Assembly (NCBI RefSeq): GCF_016881365.1
Contig: NZ_WLYT01000001.1
Coordinates: 797,754-829,753, forward strand
Source of the DNA: Deefgea sp. CFH1-16
GTDB taxonomy: Bacteria > Pseudomonadota > Gammaproteobacteria > Burkholderiales > Chitinibacteraceae
Direction: 5' to 3'
DNA length: 32,000 nt
Position 1 is the stretch's first letter. Each line of letters starts with the position of its first letter. Positions 26,482 to 32,000 of this stretch are shown here, piece by piece. The notes beneath the pieces were generated by a model. The model was not told the origin of the DNA. It did no database searches and saw only the letters and a list, made by a program, of their open reading frames with translations. The translations under genes were made by a program, and so were the position numbers.

Positions 26482-27660
26482 ATGCGTTATCAAGTTAAAG
26501 CCCTCAGCGCAGGCCAACTGCGCGAGATGACGCTGGATGCCGCCAACGTGGACGACCTGCGCGCACGGCTGTTAGAGCAAAATTTGCAATTGGTGAGTTG
26601 TAAGGCTGAACGCACCTTCAGCCTGTCTTTGGGCAAGAGTGAATTTCAAGTTTCACTCTTTACCCAAGAGCTGATTGCACTGCTCGAAGCGGGTTTGACG
26701 CTGGTTGAAGCGATGGAAACGCTGAAAGAAAAAAGCAGCCACGATCAAAATCGCAGCGTACTGACCACCATGATTGAAGGTCTATACCAAGGTCTACCTT
26801 TATCTAAAGTGCTGGCGCAAATGCCGAATTTATTCCCGCCGCTGTATATTGCCAGCGTGGGTTCGGCAGAAAAAACCGGCCATTTAGCCGATGCCTTAAA
26901 ACGCTATCATCATTACGAAACCCGCTTAAGCGCCGTCAAGAAAAAGGTCGTCGCTTCCTTGGTCTACCCGATGGTGGTGATTGGCATTGGCGGCAGCATT
27001 ATGCTGTTTTTGCTGTTTTATGTGATTCCCAAATTTAGCCAAATTTACGCCTCAATGAAAAACCTGCCTTTCGCCGCGCAAATGATGCTGTGGTGGGGCG
27101 ACTTGGTGCATCAGCACGGCCAAGCGATGTTTTTACTCATCATCACGAGCTTAATCGCCATTGTGATGGCGTTTCGCACGCAGGCCATTCAAACGATTTT
27201 ACTGACCTTATTTTGGAAGCTACCGCGACTGGAAGAATATCGGCGTTTATTTGCGTTAACTCGCTTTTATCGCACCGTGGGGCTGTTGCTTTCTGGCGGT
27301 TTAAATTTGGTCGCGGCACTAGAATTGGCGGCACAATTACTGCCAAACAGTATGCGCTTTGCGCTGTCGCAAGCCATTATCGACATCAAATCAGGCCAGC
27401 AACTTTCCAATACCCTACCCAAATACCAACTCACCACACCGGTATCTGAACGTCTATTACGCGTTGGCGAACAAAGTGGTGAGCTGGCCACGATGATCGA
27501 GCGTGCCGCGCAATTTTGTGATGAAGAACTCGATCGGGCGATTGAAATGTTTACGCGTTTGTTCGAGCCCATTTTGATGTTACTGATTGGAGTATTGATT
27601 GGTGGCATCGTCTTTTTGCTTTATATGCCGATTTTTGAGTTGGCTGGGAATATGCAATGA
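26482..27660 (+). CDS. gspF: GspF/PilC-family inner-membrane platform protein
   Basis: 392 aa with two GspF-type helical repeats and three TM segments. It overlaps the next gene as ATGA. Confidence 0.85.
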   Translation: MRYQVKALSAGQLREMTLDAANVDDLRARLLEQNLQLVSCKAERTFSLSLGKSEFQVSLFTQELIALLEAGLTLVEAMETLKEKSSHDQNRSVLTTMIEGLYQGLPLSKVLAQMPNLFPPLYIASVGSAEKTGHLADALKRYHHYETRLSAVKKKVVASLVYPMVVIGIGGSIMLFLLFYVIPKFSQIYASMKNLPFAAQMMLWWGDLVHQHGQAMFLLIITSLIAIVMAFRTQAIQTILLTLFWKLPRLEEYRRLFALTRFYRTVGLLLSGGLNLVAALELAAQLLPNSMRFALSQAIIDIKSGQQLSNTLPKYQLTTPVSERLLRVGEQSGELATMIERAAQFCDEELDRAIEMFTRLFEPILMLLIGVLIGGIVFLLYMPIFELAGNMQ

Positions 27661-29309
27661 TTACGCTCGATTTAATTCAGCATTTGCGAGCCACCAGCGG
27701 CAATCAGCCCTTGCCGGTGCTACTACAACAATCGCTCGGACTAAATAATGAGGCGTATCTACTTGCAGTCAGCGGCTACCTTGGCCTGCCGGCCATTACC
27801 TCATTAGAACTTAAAGCACTCAAGCCACGCTATGATTTGCTCGCCTTTGGCGATGCCGTCGCTCACCAGTGTCTGTTGGCGGAAATACCGCAGCATGGCT
27901 ACGTGCTCATTTTATCAGACCCATTTAGCCCAGTCGTTCGCAACTGGGCACAGCAAAAAATCAGCGTCGCTTTTCGCGTGGCGTTTGCGCTATTTGATGA
28001 TTTGCAGCAGTACTTTACTGAATATGAAACATCGCACCGCGCGATGGATCAAATGGCGGTCGGTGAAAACCAAGAAAGCAGCAAAGAAGGCATTACCGAG
28101 ATCAATTTAACGACGCTGTCACAAGATGATAAACCCGTCGTCAAACTGGTTAACTCCACACTCTATGACGCCCTCAAAGCCAAAGCGTCCGATATCCATA
28201 TGGAAACCACGCCACAAGGCATGACGATTAAATACCGCATTGACGGTGTTTTGCTGCATGCCGGCGGGGTGAGTGGCGTTGAAATGGCCGAACAAGTCGT
28301 GTCGCGGATTAAAGTCTTGGCCGAATTAGATATTTCTGAACATCGCGTACCCCAAGACGGACGCTTTAAAGCCAAAGTGAATCATCGCGATGTCGATTTT
28401 CGCGTGTCGATCATGCCATCGATTCATGGCGAAGATGCCGTGTTGCGGATTTTGGATAAACAAGGCGGCGGCGATACATTCAAGGCATTGCGTCTTGAAA
28501 CCCTCGGCCATGAAGCGCAAACCATGGCCGCCATTCGCTCGCTATCGCATGAACCTTATGGCTTGCTACTGGTGACTGGGCCAACCGGATCGGGTAAATC
28601 GACCACGCTGTATGCCACGCTCTCTGAAATTAATAATGGTGAAGAAAAAATCATCACCATTGAAGATCCGGTTGAGTATCAACTGCCCGGCGTGTTGCAG
28701 ATTCCAGTGAACGACAAAAAAGGGCTGACTTTTGCCCGTGGCTTGCGCTCGATCTTGCGCCATGACCCCGACAAGATTTTAGTCGGCGAGATTCGTGATG
28801 GCGAAACCGCCAATATCGCCGTCCAAGCGGCACTCACCGGCCATTTGGTACTGACCTCGGTGCATGCCAACAATGCGTTCTCGGTGATTGATCGTTTTAT
28901 TCATATGGGCGTTGAACCCAATAGCTTTGTCGACGCGCTGATTGGTGTGGTCGCGCAGCGTTTAATTCGCAAAGTCTGCTCGCACTGTGTGGGTGATGAT
29001 CAGCCGGATTTGGCGTTACTCGCCGCATCGGGTTTAACCCGCCAACAAGTCAGCACTTGGACTTTTCGCAAAGGTCGCGGCTGCCCCGCTTGCCGCAACA
29101 CCGGTTATTTAGGCCGCAAAGCCATTGCCGAAGTATTGCGACTGGATGATGAACTCAAACAAGCGATTGCCAAACACGCGCCAGCGGTCGAACTCAAAAA
29201 AATTGCCCTCAGCAAAGGTTTTATTTCGATGCGCCAAATTGCCCTTAACGCCGTTGCCCGCGGCGAAACCACCTTACAGGAAATCAACCGTGTCACCTTT
29301 GTTGATTAA
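27657..29309 (+). CDS. gspE: GspE/PilB-family secretion ATPase
   Basis: 550 aa. Walker A VTGPTGSGKSTT, Walker B ILVGEIRD, His box LTGHLVLTSVHAN, and the tetracysteine motif CSHC...CPAC. Confidence 0.9.
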   Translation: MITLDLIQHLRATSGNQPLPVLLQQSLGLNNEAYLLAVSGYLGLPAITSLELKALKPRYDLLAFGDAVAHQCLLAEIPQHGYVLILSDPFSPVVRNWAQQKISVAFRVAFALFDDLQQYFTEYETSHRAMDQMAVGENQESSKEGITEINLTTLSQDDKPVVKLVNSTLYDALKAKASDIHMETTPQGMTIKYRIDGVLLHAGGVSGVEMAEQVVSRIKVLAELDISEHRVPQDGRFKAKVNHRDVDFRVSIMPSIHGEDAVLRILDKQGGGDTFKALRLETLGHEAQTMAAIRSLSHEPYGLLLVTGPTGSGKSTTLYATLSEINNGEEKIITIEDPVEYQLPGVLQIPVNDKKGLTFARGLRSILRHDPDKILVGEIRDGETANIAVQAALTGHLVLTSVHANNAFSVIDRFIHMGVEPNSFVDALIGVVAQRLIRKVCSHCVGDDQPDLALLAASGLTRQQVSTWTFRKGRGCPACRNTGYLGRKAIAEVLRLDDELKQAIAKHAPAVELKKIALSKGFISMRQIALNAVARGETTLQEINRVTFVD

Positions 29310-29343
29310 GCATTGTGCATGGTTTAGCAAACAGCGCATTCGA

Positions 29344-30090
29344 ATGGCCAGTCGGCATTGGAGCGGTACCGTGCTTACGCGGCAGCGTGCCAGTGTTGAT
29401 CCGGCATCGGATCTACTGGTCAATCGCTTTCAAGAGCTACTCAATCAAGTACCGCGTGGCCAATTGGGATACGATCAAGTCGACCTGATTTTAGGCTCGC
29501 CTTGGGTGCGCTATGTGTGTTTACCGTGGCAAGACGGTTTAAATTACGAACGCGATTGGGAAAGCTATGCCCGATTATTACTGGCCCAACATTATGGCGT
29601 GAGTAGTGAATCGTGGCGGATTCGCATTGCGCCAGGCGGATATGGCGAGCCACGCATTGCCGCCGCTTTTGATGAGGGGCTGTACCAAACGCTGCTGGAA
29701 CTGTGCCGCGCCAGCAAAATGAAACTCGGCAAAATCGAGCCTTTATTTACGACGGCAGTCAATCAGCATCAGCGGCAATTAAAAGCCGCAGAACATGCCT
29801 TGGTCATCTTAGAAACCGGACATGCCTTAATCGGTTTTTATCGTGAGCATGCTTGGCAAGGGATTATCACTTTGCCGATACAGCTCGATCATGACAGCCC
29901 AGAAAATCAAACCTTATCGCTCGCCGCCTTGGTGCGCGAAGCGGCGGTGTTAAGCGGGCAGTTTTTACCCGAGCATATTTATCTCACCTCATCCGAATTC
30001 ACGCTGCGCAGTGTTAAATCGGCGGATTTTGACTTTGAATGGCTCGGCGCCGTGCAGCCGCTGTTTATTGCCGGGGATGCCAGTCAATGA
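29344..30090 (+). CDS. Cytoplasmic PilM/GspL-N-like assembly protein (start uncertain; alternative GTG at 29290)
   Basis: About 250 aa with no TM segment, directly after gspE. Its stop overlaps the next ATG (ATGA). The call is positional and architectural only. Confidence 0.4.
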   Translation: MASRHWSGTVLTRQRASVDPASDLLVNRFQELLNQVPRGQLGYDQVDLILGSPWVRYVCLPWQDGLNYERDWESYARLLLAQHYGVSSESWRIRIAPGGYGEPRIAAAFDEGLYQTLLELCRASKMKLGKIEPLFTTAVNQHQRQLKAAEHALVILETGHALIGFYREHAWQGIITLPIQLDHDSPENQTLSLAALVREAAVLSGQFLPEHIYLTSSEFTLRSVKSADFDFEWLGAVQPLFIAGDASQ

Positions 30091-30695
30091 AAAAACTGCA
30101 ACTGGATTTTAACTTACAACCGACCCGTACACCTTGGCTGGGTCTATTGCTGTGCGTACTGGGTGTGATTGCTGTGTTGTGGGTGATGACGCAAATTGAC
30201 GTCGCCAAAGAACAAAAAAATCAACTCGAATTGCAAGAAGACAGCATCGCACTACGAATCAAGCAACGCGATAGCAAAATCAAAGCCGAACTTAATGCTT
30301 CGCCGGTTTCGGCCAAGGTGGAAAAAATCCGTCGGGATCAATTACTCAGCCATGCCCCGGCATTTGATTTATTAGAGCGCGTTTGGGAAAAAGAAATCGC
30401 TTTTAGCCGGCTGGAAATCGCCACAGTTGAGCGCGATATCAAAATGGATTTAGAAGCCAAATCACTTAATGACGTCTTACTGTTGGTCGATCGCTTTGAA
30501 GCGGCGCCAGAAACCAAGCATGTAACCCTCGCTCGCAATAGCTTAAAAATTGGCGACCCACAGCGACCCGCCGTCGCGGCGATTGAAGTGTTATGGCTGG
30601 CCGATCCCGCTGTACCCACCAACAATGCCAGCGCGGCCAACACGGCTAGTCGTCCGAGTGTGCATTCAGCCAGTGCGGCATCGGGAGTGCATTGA
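30087..30695 (+). CDS. Bitopic PilN/GspL-C-like assembly protein
   Basis: Start MKKLQLDFNLQPTRTPWLGLLLCVLGVIAVLWV (single TM), followed by a coiled-coil segment. Confidence 0.4.
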   Translation: MKKLQLDFNLQPTRTPWLGLLLCVLGVIAVLWVMTQIDVAKEQKNQLELQEDSIALRIKQRDSKIKAELNASPVSAKVEKIRRDQLLSHAPAFDLLERVWEKEIAFSRLEIATVERDIKMDLEAKSLNDVLLLVDRFEAAPETKHVTLARNSLKIGDPQRPAVAAIEVLWLADPAVPTNNASAANTASRPSVHSASAASGVH

Positions 30696-31219
30696 TGACT
30701 AAAGCACAATTATTTTGGTATTTACGCCTCATCCCTCGTTACTCGGGCATATTGGGTATTGCCGGCTTAGCCTTATTGGGCTTTGCCTTGCTGCTCTATA
30801 CCCAAGAATTAAAGCCGTACCAACGCGATTTAATCGATAGAGAAAATGCGCTCGCGCAGCGCTTTCAACAATTACGCGTTCCCGCTGTTGCCAGCAGCGT
30901 TAGCGATGCGCTGCCCAAGCTCAATCGCAGCGATACCTTTACCTTTTTTTTACGCGCCCTCAATGAGCTGGCGGCCAAAAATCAAATCGTGATCACGCAA
31001 GTCGATTACAAAAATCAAGTCGAAGCCGATGGTAAATTGCAGCGCTACAGCCTGCAATTTCCAGCCAATGCGCGCTATATGCAAATTCGCCGCTTTATGC
31101 TGGAACTACAAACCATCCCCGGCGTGCGGATTGAAACCGTCAACCTGCAACGCCAGCAAATTTCCGACGACCAAGTCGCGCTGCAAATTCAGCTGTCGTA
31201 TTTGACGGAGGCCCATTAA
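30695..31219 (+). CDS. Bitopic PilO/GspM-like assembly protein
   Basis: MTKAQLFWYLRLIPRYSGILGIAGLALLGFALLLY (TM) plus a periplasmic domain. The start overlaps the upstream stop (TGATG). Confidence 0.4.
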   Translation: MTKAQLFWYLRLIPRYSGILGIAGLALLGFALLLYTQELKPYQRDLIDRENALAQRFQQLRVPAVASSVSDALPKLNRSDTFTFFLRALNELAAKNQIVITQVDYKNQVEADGKLQRYSLQFPANARYMQIRRFMLELQTIPGVRIETVNLQRQQISDDQVALQIQLSYLTEAH

Positions 31220-31752
31220 TGCTCTCTCGTCCAATGCAATACCTGCTCGGTGCCACCTTAGCCATCACGGCGTATACCTTTTGGCAAGACCGCACCGAGC
31301 CTGAATTAGATAGCACGGCAAAACCTGCAGCGCGGCGCGCGCTCGCGGCAGAAATACGCGGCGCCTCAATGCCAAATACGACCGCCAGCCAAGCCAGTGC
31401 CACAGCATCCGGCGCCAGCATTGCCGATTTATTCCCTAAGCAATCGTGGGTGCCACCACCACCGCCGCCGACTAAGCCCCCTGCGCCGACCCCGACACCA
31501 ACCCCAGTGGCTCCGCCATTGCCGTTTGTAGTGACCGCGACATGGCTAGAAAAAAACAGCTTATACATTGTCGTTGAAGCGCAAGGGCAATCCATCGTGC
31601 TCTGTAGCCAATGCGATACTTTAGGCCGAATACAACCGGGCGAAAGCCTACTTGGCAATTACCGCCTCGATAAAATGAGTCCCACTATGCTGACGTTTAC
31701 TTTTTTACCGCTCAATCAGCAACAAACCCTGTCAATGGGAGGCGCACTGTGA
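31219..31752 (+). CDS. PilP/GspC-like protein with a proline-rich linker
   Basis: An N-terminal TM segment, then PPPPPPTKPPAPTPTPTPVAPPLP, then a C-terminal beta-rich segment. The start overlaps the upstream stop (TAATG). Confidence 0.4.
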   Translation: MLSRPMQYLLGATLAITAYTFWQDRTEPELDSTAKPAARRALAAEIRGASMPNTTASQASATASGASIADLFPKQSWVPPPPPPTKPPAPTPTPTPVAPPLPFVVTATWLEKNSLYIVVEAQGQSIVLCSQCDTLGRIQPGESLLGNYRLDKMSPTMLTFTFLPLNQQQTLSMGGAL

Positions 31753-32000
31753 AACGAGCACTGATGTCCTCAATCATTTCGGTGGCCTTTTTAGCGGGCT
31801 GCGCCGCCGATATGGCGCGCTATAAAGCGGAAAACCTGATCCAAGACGAAGGCAACCCAGAGGCCGCACTCAAAGTATTGCAGGCCCAAATGGCCAGTAG
31901 CCCTGCTGATTTAAAGCTAAAAATGGCCTATCAAAGCAATTTGCAGCAGTATTTGGCGCGCTTACAAGTAGAAGGCGATCAAGCGCGTTCACGCGGTGAT
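31749..32000 (+). CDS. Lipoprotein (5' part only); possibly the N-terminus of a liposecretin or pilotin/TPR protein
   Basis: The GTG start overlaps the upstream stop (GTGA). VKRALMSSIISVAFLAGC has a lipobox (LAGC). The ORF is open to the window end. Confidence 0.45.
   Translation, partial: MKRALMSSIISVAFLAGCAADMARYKAENLIQDEGNPEAALKVLQAQMASSPADLKLKMAYQSNLQQYLARLQVEGDQARSRGD

Overview
A tRNA(CAT) gene at 14159-14235 (minus strand) splits the window in two.

LEFT (1-14158): a visibly AT-richer accessory island whose left end lies beyond the window. It contains:
- A two-gene nuclease + P-loop ATPase pair that looks Lamassu-like (Cap4/DUF4297-type nuclease 676-1758, ABC/SMC-type ATPase 1-621, cut by the window edge).
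- A HigB2/HigA2-like toxin-antitoxin pair (1855-2575).
- A stand-alone HAD-fold phosphatase-like gene (2878-3381).
- An unrecognisable three-gene operon for one secreted and two membrane proteins (3557-5233).
- An integrated filamentous (inovirus-like) prophage (about 5240-14111). Its morphogenesis genes are in Ff-like order: major coat, pIII-like, pVI-like, Zot/pI, and its own pIV secretin. These are joined to a P2-like module of repressor + integrase, divergent from a cox-like gene and a gpA-family rolling-circle Rep.

RIGHT (14236-32000): ordinary core chromosome of what is probably a chitinolytic betaproteobacterium (an inference, not checked).
- The rpsU-yqeY-GNAT-dnaG-rpoD operon with divergent tsaD.
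- An FAH-family hydrolase, a CobD/CbiB-like membrane protein, and sodB.
- A secreted GH18 chitinase with two chitin-binding modules and a near-perfect 12-bp tandem-repeat (TPTA)n linker.
- An atypical type II secretion / type IV pilus-like cluster: GspG-GspF-GspE, four small inner-membrane assembly proteins, and a lipoprotein that runs off the right edge.

CAVEAT: at least ten genes are broken by single-nucleotide frame changes, mostly at short homopolymers. Essential rpoD and tsaD are among them. I read these as assembly indels, not pseudogenisation, and give gene coordinates that span the breaks.

The most plausible place for something undescribed is the 2878-5233 block of unknown genes, which lies between the defence genes and the prophage secretin. 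I cannot assign it a function from sequence alone.
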